A stretch of 64,000 nt of DNA from a virus (Duplodnaviria; Caudoviricetes). A model generated the notes under the pieces. That model was given only the letters and a program-made list of their open reading frames with translations. It ran no database searches and had not been told where the DNA came from. The stretch's first letter is position 1; each line of letters opens with the position of its first letter. The stretch spans positions 1-64,000 of IMG/VR virus record IMGVR_UViG_2910903598_000004. One strand, 5' to 3'. Shown piece by piece: positions 1 to 10,102 of this stretch. The position numbers and the translations under genes are program-made.

Positions 1-62
1 TTTCTCAACCTTCTTTCTTAGAATTCCCTATATTTGAATTATACAGGAAGCTCCTTTATTCT

Positions 63-252
63 TAAAAAATGGCATAAAAAAAACAGACTTTTCGTCTGTT
101 AGATTCATTTTTATAAATAGCAAAACAGCATATATAATATTTATTGTTTTATTATTTATAATTTTAAGTTTCTTTATATTTTTTTTCTTAAAAAAGTCCA
201 TGCTATACTTGTCTTCATGAAATCTGATAAAAATACATTTATAGTATATCAT
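63..252 (-). promoter_or_regulatory. Conserved promoter-leader-terminator repeat, full copy 1
   Basis: TGnTATACT -10, TGTATTTTTATCAGATT..GGACTTTTTT module, CAGAC/GTCTG hairpin + T tract, then AAGGAG. Confidence 0.8.
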
Positions 253-421
253 AAATAAAAATAACATGCACATATTTTATATAACATTTCATATAATTTT
301 CAATATTTTTTGTTTAATTGGTATTATATGGAAATAAATGGTTTGTTTTTTTATATTATTACTGCTATACTAAAATTATAAAGATAATCATGTATATAAA
401 TTTTAAACAGGGAGGTGTATT

Positions 422-1492
422 ATGTTTGATTATGATGTATCTACATTAAAAGATTTTACTTTCAGCTCTATATATGACGTATTTGCTCTAATTGCTCAAA
501 ATTATCCAGTACGATCCAGATATGATATAGAATCTTTTGAATATAAATCAGATTACTTAGCTGAGGGAAAAAGCTATAAAATTGTTCCGAAATCATTTTT
601 TGAAAAATATCAAAAAGAATATGAAGATGAAAAAGAAAAATTTTTCAAGGATTATTATGGTACTCAAGGAGCTTCTGCGATCTATTCTCCATGCGATATA
701 TTAACAATAAAATATAATAAACTTTTAAACAACAGAAAAGAAATTATTGAAACAAAAGGCATTACTAGTAGAAAATATATGGATAAAGAAATATCGAATC
801 ATAAATTTGATTTAATAAAAGATGTGAATTTTACAAATAGTTATTTTGCTTATGTTCCTACTACGGAACTTGCCCCACTTCCATTGTATCGTCGCTTAAA
901 ATTAGACCCTTATGAAATGGCTACGACTATAATTTCACTAATTATTGAAGCTTCTGATTTCCCATTAAAATTAACTTTAGAATTTGAAAAAGACAGTGTA
1001 CGCTACAAAAGATATGTTCACCTATTTGACGCACTAAATGATATTCAAGATCAGCTAGAATGTTATATGGCACTTGAAGGTATTACAATGACAAGGCTTG
1101 CAAAAGAAATAGGATTCCCAAAATATGCATATAACAATATATTTGCAAGGATTATAAAATTTAATGATTTTAAACAATTAACAGATATGGTTGGGGCTAA
1201 AATTAAAATTACATTTACACCACAAATAATTAAAACATATAGTTCGTGCAAATTAATGTTTGAAAAAATGTTAAGTAATATTGATGATATGGTATTTAAA
1301 AATGACCAATGTAAAGAATCAATAAAATATCAATTATTCTGTAGTATTATTAGAGAAGCTCCAGAACTAGCAATTGTAGAATCATTAATAGAATTAGAAC
1401 AATTACGCCGATCATCTAATTTAGCACTTTTTAGTCAAAAAGATGTCGATATCTTTGAAGAATCAAAAAAAAAGGAGGCTGACAGCAAATAA
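422..1492 (+). CDS. Hypothetical protein with XRE-like HTH segment; putative regulator
   Basis: GGGAGG RBS; 'LEGITMTRLAKEIGFP..YNN..FNDFKQLTDMVGAKIKITF' resembles an XRE HTH; only long plus-strand gene. Confidence 0.5.
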   Translation: MFDYDVSTLKDFTFSSIYDVFALIAQNYPVRSRYDIESFEYKSDYLAEGKSYKIVPKSFFEKYQKEYEDEKEKFFKDYYGTQGASAIYSPCDILTIKYNKLLNNRKEIIETKGITSRKYMDKEISNHKFDLIKDVNFTNSYFAYVPTTELAPLPLYRRLKLDPYEMATTIISLIIEASDFPLKLTLEFEKDSVRYKRYVHLFDALNDIQDQLECYMALEGITMTRLAKEIGFPKYAYNNIFARIIKFNDFKQLTDMVGAKIKITFTPQIIKTYSSCKLMFEKMLSNIDDMVFKNDQCKESIKYQLFCSIIREAPELAIVESLIELEQLRRSSNLALFSQKDVDIFEESKKKEADSK

Positions 1493-1511
1493 GCTGCCAA
1501 CCTCCTTTTTT
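1469..1511. terminator. Bidirectional intrinsic terminator
   Basis: aaaaggaggctgacagc..gctgccaacctcctttt between convergent genes. Confidence 0.75.
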
Positions 1512-2052
1512 ACATACCTGCCATAAAATTCATTGCTTTTGCAAGAGTGTCTTTATCCAGGATTGGTTCTGTAGAATCTTTATCTTCTACATCTACATCT
1601 TCACCAGAAGATTCCTCAACCTTTTTAATTGGTTCTGGAATTTTAACTTCTTCTGGCTCAGGCGTTACTGGATTTATCACTTCTTCTACAACTTCATTTG
1701 TGGATTCTTTTTGTTCCGTCTGTGCAATTTCTACATTTTGTTTCGTTTGCACAACAGATTCTTCCTGTTTTTTCTTCTTCCTTTTTTCTTTAACTATTGG
1801 AGTGGAAACTGTATTCGTATTGATTGGAAAATTATCAAAGCTATTTAACAGTTCATTTCCACGTCTTTCGATTTTATCAGTCTGCATTTTTCTTTCTATC
1901 ATTTCACCAATGATGATGGATTTAGCAAGAAATCTGCTTAATGATTTCCCTCGCTTCATTTCCAAAATATCATAAGCTAATTTCTGATCAGGATCGGATA
2001 AATCGAAACCAATATTTTTTCTGATTTGATTTTTTTCTGCCAATAAGATCAC
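1510..2052 (-). CDS. ParR-like partition adaptor
   Basis: Directly downstream of parM; N-terminal ribbon-helix-helix-like segment, acidic tail ending in a short helix. Confidence 0.55.
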   Translation of the reverse strand: MILLAEKNQIRKNIGFDLSDPDQKLAYDILEMKRGKSLSRFLAKSIIIGEMIERKMQTDKIERRGNELLNSFDNFPINTNTVSTPIVKEKRKKKKQEESVVQTKQNVEIAQTEQKESTNEVVEEVINPVTPEPEEVKIPEPIKKVEESSGEDVDVEDKDSTEPILDKDTLAKAMNFMAGM

Positions 2053-2072
2053 AACCTTTACAAAAAATATGC

Positions 2073-3029
2073 TTACTGTTTATTCATAAGGGATTTCGCA
2101 CTTTTATACAAAATCTGTGCCCCTTTTGCATTTGCATGAACATCTTCAATGAAAATGACTTTACCTAATAAACCTTCTTCCTGTAACTGCAAGATGTATG
2201 GTTTAAAAATTAAAGATGCACCACCGACAAAAACACTTGTATACATTTTTAAATCAATTTTATCTTCGATAAACGTTTTAATACCTCGTTTCAAATACTG
2301 TAATGCCATAGTATCTAACGTATCTAATACTTTTGTTTGAATCGCAGCTAAATTTGATGGCAATGTTCGATTTTTGATCAGATTATCAATATCATCTTCT
2401 CTAAGATGAAGATCATATTCTGATACAATATAATTACTAAACTCATTATAAAATGGAATGATTCCCAATTCTCTTGTATCCATGATATCTTTTTCAGGAT
2501 TTCCATTTCGTACAGAAAGATAATCCCATGTGAAACCACCGATATCATGTAACATGATCAACGGTTCTTCCTTAGTTAAATTGGAACGAGTATACAATGC
2601 AGCATGTCCCTGAATAAAAACAATCACATCTTTAAATGTAACAGACATCGGGTTATCATTAAACATGAAATTTACATGCTGACCTTTCATCATCATATAA
2701 TTTTTCAGATTTTCATGCTGAGTACGATAATGAGCCGGTGGAAGGCTGAGAAGTAACTCAACTTCGTAATTATCGCCTTTCAGGCCTCTTCGTTTGATTT
2801 CTTTCGCAATAGCCATTAAGGTTAAAATGAAAAAGCGATCATCTGTATGTTTATATCGTGTATACTCAATTCTGTGACTTCCTACGGTATAATACTTTCC
2901 TTCATACTGTATGCAATCATTTCTGAAAAATGTCGTAGATGGATTACTGTCATATGAATCCAGTCCTGTCAAAAATAATAACTCTGGTGTCTTAATATTT
3001 TTGTTTCCTAAATCTACGCTTACGATCAT
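2073..3029 (-). CDS. parM: ParM/StbA actin-like partition ATPase
   Basis: VDLGNKNIK, DIGGFTWD, FVGGAS, ANAKG actin-fold motifs. Confidence 0.88.
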   Translation of the reverse strand: MIVSVDLGNKNIKTPELLFLTGLDSYDSNPSTTFFRNDCIQYEGKYYTVGSHRIEYTRYKHTDDRFFILTLMAIAKEIKRRGLKGDNYEVELLLSLPPAHYRTQHENLKNYMMMKGQHVNFMFNDNPMSVTFKDVIVFIQGHAALYTRSNLTKEEPLIMLHDIGGFTWDYLSVRNGNPEKDIMDTRELGIIPFYNEFSNYIVSEYDLHLREDDIDNLIKNRTLPSNLAAIQTKVLDTLDTMALQYLKRGIKTFIEDKIDLKMYTSVFVGGASLIFKPYILQLQEEGLLGKVIFIEDVHANAKGAQILYKSAKSLMNKQ

Positions 3030-3054
3030 AATAAGCTCCTTTCTTTGTGTAAAA

Positions 3055-4449
3055 TTAATTTTTTCTTTGTTGTTTATTTTTGAGACGTACTAATGAATAA
3101 AAGTAGTCGTCAATGCCTTTTTTCTGCCAAACAGTATAATCCTGACAACGATTGATGGATGCATCTACATTCATCTTAAACTCACTGTAATCACCTGTTT
3201 CAACATCAATCAGTTTGCAATTAACATCTTCGTGTGGATGTAGTGGATTTAATATTGGCTCTGGAATGATCAATCTTCCTGTCTTTTCATCTGCAAAAAA
3301 CTCATCAAAAAATTCACGTTTATGATTTGTGTATGTAGAATAAAAAGCATAGTCTTTATCATTGATCAGTACCTTATATGGCGTATTTTGTTTGAAATTA
3401 CCGTATATCTCTATCGCATTCCAACGATACACTTCCATACGGATTCCAACTTCATGTGCAATATCAAAATTCTTTGCCATTGCTCTGTATACATTAGGAT
3501 TTTTGAATTTGTCCATGTCAAATCCGTCATATACAAGTTCACATCCATATTCTTTCAAGCTGCTTAATGCTTTTTTTGTAGAATTAAACTGTCCACATCC
3601 AGCAATTGCCACAAACGTCATCGGTTTGTTCATTAGATATTTTGACAATTCATGGGCTACGTTTGCTTTTAAACAGCCTTCTGTCAAAACAACCGTTTTT
3701 GCTAAAGGATCATCTCCGATAAAATGTACCGGTGATCCGGGAGAACTTCCGCATTCTTTTCCTTGGCTTGAAAACCACATATATTTAGAATCTCTGATTG
3801 GTTTATTTAACCTGATCTGGAATCCCTGAATGTAGCCTTCTCGGCTCATCACTGGAATAAGAATTCCGGCGAGGGCTGGTGTAAAATTGACTTTCCATTT
3901 GCCATCTAACATATAAAATCCTGGAACTCCTTTAAGATCCATATTGTAAGATAATAGTGTTTTCACAATATTATCAACGCCTGTTACTGGAACAGATCGA
4001 TATTGATGTTTTTGGATAGCGGCATCATTCAGACCTCTTTTTCTAAGATTTTTTTTGTGTTCATCACTCAGTGTCAAAATAGAAAGCAATGCTCGATACA
4101 CATAATCAATTTCTCTTACATCTCTTTTAGGTTCTTCTTTTGTCGGTTCATCCACATCTATTGAACGATAATCTTTTTCGATTCCGTAAAGATCACAGAT
4201 ATTGTGATAGGCTTCACTGTTTGTCATATTGAAATATTTTGCATAAAGCTGCGTTCGTCCTCCTCCAGAATTATTCACACCTCTCGTCATGCAGGCACAG
4301 CAGTTCCACATATTCTTATTAACTGAAATATGTAAAGCTCCTTTGCTGCCACAGAATGGACAATCTGCATAGATTGTTCCGCCTGTCAGTCTGGCATTTT
4401 TAAGAGGTAACAGTTTTGCTTCGTCTTCTATAGTAAACGGAAATCCCAT
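3055..4449 (-). CDS. Primase-like protein (Zn finger + TOPRIM, DUF3854-like)
   Basis: CPFC..WNCCAC zinc finger; LTEGCLKA and FDMD TOPRIM motifs. Confidence 0.75.
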   Translation of the reverse strand: MGFPFTIEDEAKLLPLKNARLTGGTIYADCPFCGSKGALHISVNKNMWNCCACMTRGVNNSGGGRTQLYAKYFNMTNSEAYHNICDLYGIEKDYRSIDVDEPTKEEPKRDVREIDYVYRALLSILTLSDEHKKNLRKRGLNDAAIQKHQYRSVPVTGVDNIVKTLLSYNMDLKGVPGFYMLDGKWKVNFTPALAGILIPVMSREGYIQGFQIRLNKPIRDSKYMWFSSQGKECGSSPGSPVHFIGDDPLAKTVVLTEGCLKANVAHELSKYLMNKPMTFVAIAGCGQFNSTKKALSSLKEYGCELVYDGFDMDKFKNPNVYRAMAKNFDIAHEVGIRMEVYRWNAIEIYGNFKQNTPYKVLINDKDYAFYSTYTNHKREFFDEFFADEKTGRLIIPEPILNPLHPHEDVNCKLIDVETGDYSEFKMNVDASINRCQDYTVWQKKGIDDYFYSLVRLKNKQQRKN

Positions 4450-4468
4450 GATGCCTTCCTCCTTTGCT

Positions 4469-5278
4469 TTATAAGTTATATTTCTTCACTAATGTTTCCG
4501 CATGTCTTTGTAATTCAGGCTCAATAAGACTTCCTTGTCGTGCCATTTCTATAAGATCATTTGGATCCATTTTTGCAACATCGCAAAGCATTATTCCTTC
4601 ATATTTTCCTTCTTTTACCATATAGTTTTCAGCATCATCATAGATGTTTTTTGTCTTTCCACGTCCACGATTAGGATCTAACTGTAATTCTTCTTCACCT
4701 GTCTCATATGGAACTAAATCCTTTTTTTCTGTCCCAAAGTATTTTTCTTTGGATACGGGGTCTAAGTCGGAAGACTTTTTGTTTTCTTCCTGTCCATCTT
4801 TGACAGATTCTTTCGGACGTAAAGCTTCTGGAATATCATTAAATTTCAAAGGAGTTTTGTTTTCATCGTAAAAATCCTTTGGAACGCTGATATCATAGGC
4901 AAGCATCAATAAATATCTGCGAAGATATGTGATATTAGCTCCTGTGATCTGAATTTTTCGCATATTATTGTTATGTTCATCATCGTTTCCTGGCCATGGA
5001 ATGGTAATTTTTCCATGCTTTTCTCCTGTAAGTGAATCAATCATAATTAAAGACATATCGCCATTATCTTCTTTACATGGCATGTCCGTAATTTTGTATT
5101 TGCACTTTAACGGATGAAGAACATCATTAATCCCTTTCAGATCAATGTAGTCGTAATCATCGGTTTCTCTGTTTTTGACAAGATTTTTATTTAGTTCAGC
5201 AATTAAAGCTGCACGCCTGTCGTAATAGTTCATTTTTGTTATTTGTTCATCTGTAAATTCGTAAGTTTCTTTCTTCAT
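4469..5278 (-). CDS. ERF-family single-strand annealing protein
   Basis: YDYIDL..I and QITGANITYLRRY motifs. Confidence 0.75.
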   Translation of the reverse strand: MKKETYEFTDEQITKMNYYDRRAALIAELNKNLVKNRETDDYDYIDLKGINDVLHPLKCKYKITDMPCKEDNGDMSLIMIDSLTGEKHGKITIPWPGNDDEHNNNMRKIQITGANITYLRRYLLMLAYDISVPKDFYDENKTPLKFNDIPEALRPKESVKDGQEENKKSSDLDPVSKEKYFGTEKKDLVPYETGEEELQLDPNRGRGKTKNIYDDAENYMVKEGKYEGIMLCDVAKMDPNDLIEMARQGSLIEPELQRHAETLVKKYNL

Positions 5279-5308
5279 CGTAAATTTTCTCCTTAATAAT
5301 GAAAAAAA

Positions 5309-7516
5309 CTACTGTGCTTTCTGCGTCAGTAGATTTAACAAATTGGTATTTCTTGCTTCTGAAAAATCATCATTTACAGCCATAAAAAAAGCAGCCAGGG
5401 AACCAATGAAAATAACTTTTTCTTTTGCTCTGGTTACTGCTGTATATAATAATCTTCTGGTTAACATTCTGTGATAAGATTTCATCAATGGAATGATCAC
5501 AATCGGATATTCCTGCCCTTGGGACTTATGAATACTAACACCATATGCTAACGTCAGTGTCGCAAAATTTTCTTTTTTATACTTAACTGTCTTTTCATCA
5601 AATTGAATCGTAATAGTAAAATCTTTGGGATCAATCTTAATGATTTTTCCAATATCGCCATTCACGATTCCATTTATATTGCTGTTTGAAGTTTCTAATA
5701 CTTTGTCTCCCATATAAAACCTTTTTCCATATGTTTCAACATATTCTTTAGAATCTGGTGTTGCATAAGGATTGATCAAGTCTCGGATGACTGGATTTAA
5801 ATATTCCGTTGATGTTAGGGCTACTTTTCCACTCCTGCTAAATTTTTTACGCAGCGGTGATAAGAGCTGTACGTCAGAATATTCTCGATTCTCATAATTC
5901 ATCTCATAAATTTGAGGTATTTTTTTAGAGATTTCTTCTTCAATCATTTTATCATTTCCTTCGATACGAATTAGCTGAAAATCTCTCTCATTCCATATCA
6001 TCTTTGGGTTTCCTTCATTGATCAGTTTTGCATTGATTGGAATCATAGAATTCTGACCTTGTCGGAAAATATGATCCAGAATTGTTGTAGGGATTACTTT
6101 GCTATCGATCATATCCGTAAACACCTGTCCAGGTTCAATGGATTGCAGCTGATCTTTATCTCCTACGAAAATCAAAGTCGCATCAGGTCTTACCTGCGTG
6201 AAGATATCTCTAAATAACTTGCATCCGATCATCGAAGATTCATCTACAATAACAACATCTTCATTGACCATACGATTTGCAACAAATTCATCGTCTAAGA
6301 AATATCCTAGTTTGCTATGAATCGTACCACCATTTTCATAGTGTGTCGCAGAGATCATTCGTTTTGTAGCACATCCTGTTGGTGCCATTAACAGTACCGA
6401 TTTCCCACGTTTAAGAAAACACTTGATCATAATGTCTATGGTTAATGTTTTTCCTGTTCCTGGTCCTCCGGTTAGAATAGATAAGTTATAAATCTGAGAT
6501 TTGATAACTGCTTCTTGCTGCTGCGAAGCTAACAGGATTTTTTCTTCTCTTGCCAGATCATTGATCTCTTCAATCATCTTGGCTCTTTCATCCTCAGATA
6601 AGATTTTTTCTCCTAATCTTTCTCGAATCATCTTATTAAGTAGCATTTCTGCATCATAATATTCTTGTAAAAAGAATTTTCCATCTTCATAAACGATAGA
6701 TTCATCGACCAACTGACTTTTAAAATAATCCAATGCAAACATGATTGTTGCTTTTGGGACACTTTTATGCATTACATAATAAGTTTCATTAATCAGATCA
6801 TTTTCATAAATAAAAGTATGTCCTTTATTTTTACATAATCTTGTAATCGCGGAATAAATCCCGCACCGGATTCTGATCGTATCATTTTTCTCTTCTTCGG
6901 ATGGCTCGTGATTCATTTCTATATCTGCTAATGAAATTCCAGCTTTGTATAGATTATAAATATTTGCATCTAGCATTTCTGTAGCATCTTCTCCGAATGC
7001 TTTAAGAACTTTTCTGGCCTGACCTTTTTTTAGGTCATAAGTACCCATCAAATAACATAATCTTTCTTTTCTTTCCTCAGCTTTGATAAAGTTTCGCACA
7101 GCCATAAGTTTTATTCTTGGAATCGTTTCATGTTTAGGAGGTTCTTTTAAAACGTGAAAAGTATCCGTTCCAAAGGCATCCACAATAGCTTTTGCTGTCT
7201 TTTTCCCGATTCCAGGAACTTCATCTGCCAAAACTTCCTGAATGGCTTCTTTGGTTTCTGGAAGCAAGACTTTAAATCTTTCCGCATGAAACTGCAGGGA
7301 TTTTCTTTTTTTATAGATATTTTCTTTCCATTCTCCATAAAAAATAATCTCTCGGTTCTTTTGTCTTGGAAGATCTCTTCCTAAAACCGTGAATATATCC
7401 TGTTTCCAAAGTGCCAATTTTGGTACCTCAGATATCGCATGATATCTTGCGATGGAATATGTACCATCATCTAATTCATTGATTTTCTTGTAAAAACTAC
7501 AATGTACTTCTTGCAT
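5309..7516 (-). CDS. recD2: RecD2-like SF1 helicase
   Basis: HhH GIGKKTA, GGPGTGKT, VDESSM, VGDKDQL, HKSQGQE, LYTAVTRAK. Confidence 0.93.
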   Translation of the reverse strand: MQEVHCSFYKKINELDDGTYSIARYHAISEVPKLALWKQDIFTVLGRDLPRQKNREIIFYGEWKENIYKKRKSLQFHAERFKVLLPETKEAIQEVLADEVPGIGKKTAKAIVDAFGTDTFHVLKEPPKHETIPRIKLMAVRNFIKAEERKERLCYLMGTYDLKKGQARKVLKAFGEDATEMLDANIYNLYKAGISLADIEMNHEPSEEEKNDTIRIRCGIYSAITRLCKNKGHTFIYENDLINETYYVMHKSVPKATIMFALDYFKSQLVDESIVYEDGKFFLQEYYDAEMLLNKMIRERLGEKILSEDERAKMIEEINDLAREEKILLASQQQEAVIKSQIYNLSILTGGPGTGKTLTIDIMIKCFLKRGKSVLLMAPTGCATKRMISATHYENGGTIHSKLGYFLDDEFVANRMVNEDVVIVDESSMIGCKLFRDIFTQVRPDATLIFVGDKDQLQSIEPGQVFTDMIDSKVIPTTILDHIFRQGQNSMIPINAKLINEGNPKMIWNERDFQLIRIEGNDKMIEEEISKKIPQIYEMNYENREYSDVQLLSPLRKKFSRSGKVALTSTEYLNPVIRDLINPYATPDSKEYVETYGKRFYMGDKVLETSNSNINGIVNGDIGKIIKIDPKDFTITIQFDEKTVKYKKENFATLTLAYGVSIHKSQGQEYPIVIIPLMKSYHRMLTRRLLYTAVTRAKEKVIFIGSLAAFFMAVNDDFSEARNTNLLNLLTQKAQ

Positions 7517-7532
7517 AATTTTTTCGTTACAT

Positions 7533-8621
7533 CTAAATATACTTATGATTGTAACGTTCTCCTTTCTTTAAATTTTCCTTTTTCAGAGAAAATCTTGGAG
7601 ACTGTTTTTGTACAGTGCAAAATTTTTGATAAATATCCGGATACATTTCTGCCAATCTTTGCGAAGATTCTACATTAAATGTAACCTTGGGTTCTTTTTG
7701 TTCATAATTCAATATGATTTTTTCATCATCATGAACAATAACTCCTCGATCATAACGGGTATCATCTGCTCCCTTTAAGGAATTAATGAAATATGCTTTA
7801 ATCCGATCTAAAGACTGATCTATTTTGCTCAGTTCTTGTTTTTTTACCTCTTTTTCCTCCATTAGCATGTCATATTGTTCTAACAGACTTTTAAATGGAT
7901 CATAAGGTAATTCAATCGTTCCATCTACATATTTCTTTTCCTCTAATGCTTTAATAAGCAGGTTTGGATCTTTATCCTCAAACATACCCGGTTCTTCGTT
8001 GTTTTGAACATGCTGCCAAAATTCTTCCAGTTCTTCGATCATGATCTTTTCATATTTTATATCTCTTGTAACCTTTCGAATAATGACATCGTTCCGCGTG
8101 TTACCGTAGATGGCGATCACATATGCAACATCGATATCCATAACACACATATAATGCCTGACTTGGGCTTCATATTGGTATGGTAGTTTAGGATTTTCTT
8201 TCGTTCCATAATACTTTTTAGTAAAAGCATTAATTACCTTACATTCTAAAATAGCCATGCTGCCATCCGGCATCATGACTAATCCATCAAGATCAGCCAG
8301 CATAAATGGGTGGTCCGGATGCTGATACATGTATGGTAATTCGATAACTCTTAAGCCTGTTTTGAAAGAAAACATTCTCCGTGCATAAGGTTCCAATAAT
8401 TGACCACATAATAATGTTTCCCAATTTTTTGGCTCCCTTTGAAAGCTGGACGTTTTTTCCCAAAACAACTCCAATGTCGATTTAAATTTGCCCTTTCCTC
8501 TTGCTGCTGCACTATCGCTGCCTCCAATTCCTTCTTTTCTCCACTTTAGCCACTGATCCTTATTTTCTAAGGCATTTGCTTTTCGTAGATCATGGATTGG
8601 AATTGGTTTGTGTCCATCCAT
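7533..8621 (-). CDS. YqaJ-like phage exonuclease
   Basis: WLKWRKEGIGGSD, ADLDG, LECK, YEAQVRHYM. Confidence 0.9.
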   Translation of the reverse strand: MDGHKPIPIHDLRKANALENKDQWLKWRKEGIGGSDSAAARGKGKFKSTLELFWEKTSSFQREPKNWETLLCGQLLEPYARRMFSFKTGLRVIELPYMYQHPDHPFMLADLDGLVMMPDGSMAILECKVINAFTKKYYGTKENPKLPYQYEAQVRHYMCVMDIDVAYVIAIYGNTRNDVIIRKVTRDIKYEKIMIEELEEFWQHVQNNEEPGMFEDKDPNLLIKALEEKKYVDGTIELPYDPFKSLLEQYDMLMEEKEVKKQELSKIDQSLDRIKAYFINSLKGADDTRYDRGVIVHDDEKIILNYEQKEPKVTFNVESSQRLAEMYPDIYQKFCTVQKQSPRFSLKKENLKKGERYNHKYI

Positions 8622-8646
8622 AATATTATTTCCTCCTTTCTGGATA

Positions 8647-8822
8647 GTAAAAAAGGCACAAAAAAAACAGACATTAATATGTCTGTATATTTTTATGCCT
8701 TTCGCAATGAAATGTTCTATTAAATTTTTATATTTCTAAAAAAAGTCCTATTTATCCTGTTAAGGATGAGGAATCTAATAAAAATACAATATAATAATAA
8801 CATAAATTTCTAATATCAGCAA
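8647..8822 (-). promoter_or_regulatory. Leader repeat, full copy 2
   Basis: Same modules as copy 1; heads the yqaJ-recD2-erf-primase-par operon. Confidence 0.85.
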
Positions 8823-8836
8823 GCATACAGAACAAC

Positions 8837-9547
8837 TTATTTTTCGACTGCATGGACATAGGTTCGGTAGTCATGTCCTTCGTAACTACATGTCGCAAAT
8901 GTATAAATCGGTTCATCTTTCTTCGGAATATTTTTTATGATTGATGATACACCATTTCTATTCTTAAGCTTAGTTATATAAGCATTTTTTTCCTCTTGAT
9001 TTTTAAATGTAATTGGAATTGACGTGTCTGCCGTTTTAGCATAGGCAGAGAATGCTTTCAGATGATATGTTTTATCTGGTGTATATAATTCAATCGTATG
9101 CTTCCTTGCAAACTTCTCTTCTCGGAACTTAACCAGATCCGCAAACATACTTCCATTTCTCATATGGTGTCCATAAAACACATTATTGTCATTTAAGGCG
9201 AATTGTTTATTATCTTTGCTGTCAAGGAAGATGCATCCACCATATGTGTATTGCTTTTTAAAGTTTGTATGAAGATAAGATTGATTCGTTTTCCCTTGAA
9301 CCACTGGATAATCAATGTTTGTTCCTTTTACATAAATCCAAGCAACAATATCGGAATTTATCTTTTTCAGTTTGTTCCAGTTAATATGTTTTCCTGTTTT
9401 TGTATCCTTTCTAATAGATTCATACGAACTATTTAACTGTTGATCTTCCTGAAATCGTTCAAAAATTTTTAATCCAAAGTATCCAGCTGCCACCAGACAT
9501 GCAATAATGATAATGTCTAAACTAAATTTCAGGATTTTCTTTCCCAT
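8837..9547 (-). CDS. srtB: Class B sortase
   Basis: N-terminal TM; WIYVKGTNIDYPVVQ, YGHHM..GSMF, TFATCSY..R. Confidence 0.9.
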   Translation of the reverse strand: MGKKILKFSLDIIIIACLVAAGYFGLKIFERFQEDQQLNSSYESIRKDTKTGKHINWNKLKKINSDIVAWIYVKGTNIDYPVVQGKTNQSYLHTNFKKQYTYGGCIFLDSKDNKQFALNDNNVFYGHHMRNGSMFADLVKFREEKFARKHTIELYTPDKTYHLKAFSAYAKTADTSIPITFKNQEEKNAYITKLKNRNGVSSIIKNIPKKDEPIYTFATCSYEGHDYRTYVHAVEK

Positions 9548-10046
9548 CTTTAGATCCCGCCTTTCTTTCGTTAATATCATAATGAAATGGTTTAGAAGGA
9601 TCATCTCTATAGTAGAATGTGATCTGTTTCCCAATCCAGTATTTTGGACCACCCTCTTGAAGAAGAATTCCTCTTGTCTTTAATTCTAATCGTGGCAATA
9701 AAATCTCGTATGTTTTTTCATTATCTGTCTCTACAATGAAACTGCATTCTTCGGATATCAATCTTGGTGTGAGTACATCTGCCTTTGCTTTTTCTTTGTA
9801 CCCTGTGATAACTCCTGTTACTTCTTCATATAGCTTATTCTGCTCTATAGCTCGTACATTAAATGTAAGATAGCTGAACCCGAATAAAACAAAGATCCCA
9901 ATGATATTTAACCATATATCATTGAATGTAATTGCTGCAAATAATACAACAATTAAAATGGAAACTGCAAACAGAAAATTTTTGACATACAAAGATTTAA
10001 ACTTTGATTTATTTATATCACTGAAAAATTTTTTTACTTTTCCCAT
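9522..10046 (-). CDS. Hypothetical membrane protein
   Basis: Two hydrophobic helices near the N-terminus. Confidence 0.65.
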   Translation of the reverse strand: MGKVKKFFSDINKSKFKSLYVKNFLFAVSILIVVLFAAITFNDIWLNIIGIFVLFGFSYLTFNVRAIEQNKLYEEVTGVITGYKEKAKADVLTPRLISEECSFIVETDNEKTYEILLPRLELKTRGILLQEGGPKYWIGKQITFYYRDDPSKPFHYDINERKAGSKDGKENPEI

Positions 10047-10102
10047 AAACAAAGTCGGCAGATCTTATTAAATTAGATCTGCCTTCTCCTTTCCTGCCTT
10101 GT

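Noticed and set aside
1490-3055. parC centromere near parMR
   Set aside because: No convincing iterated direct repeats are visible.
8647-8822. Leader repeats as Frpo-type ssDNA promoters
   Set aside because: I see no complementary arm that would pair the -35/-10 boxes; the hairpins lie downstream of the -10. Not fully excluded without folding calculations.
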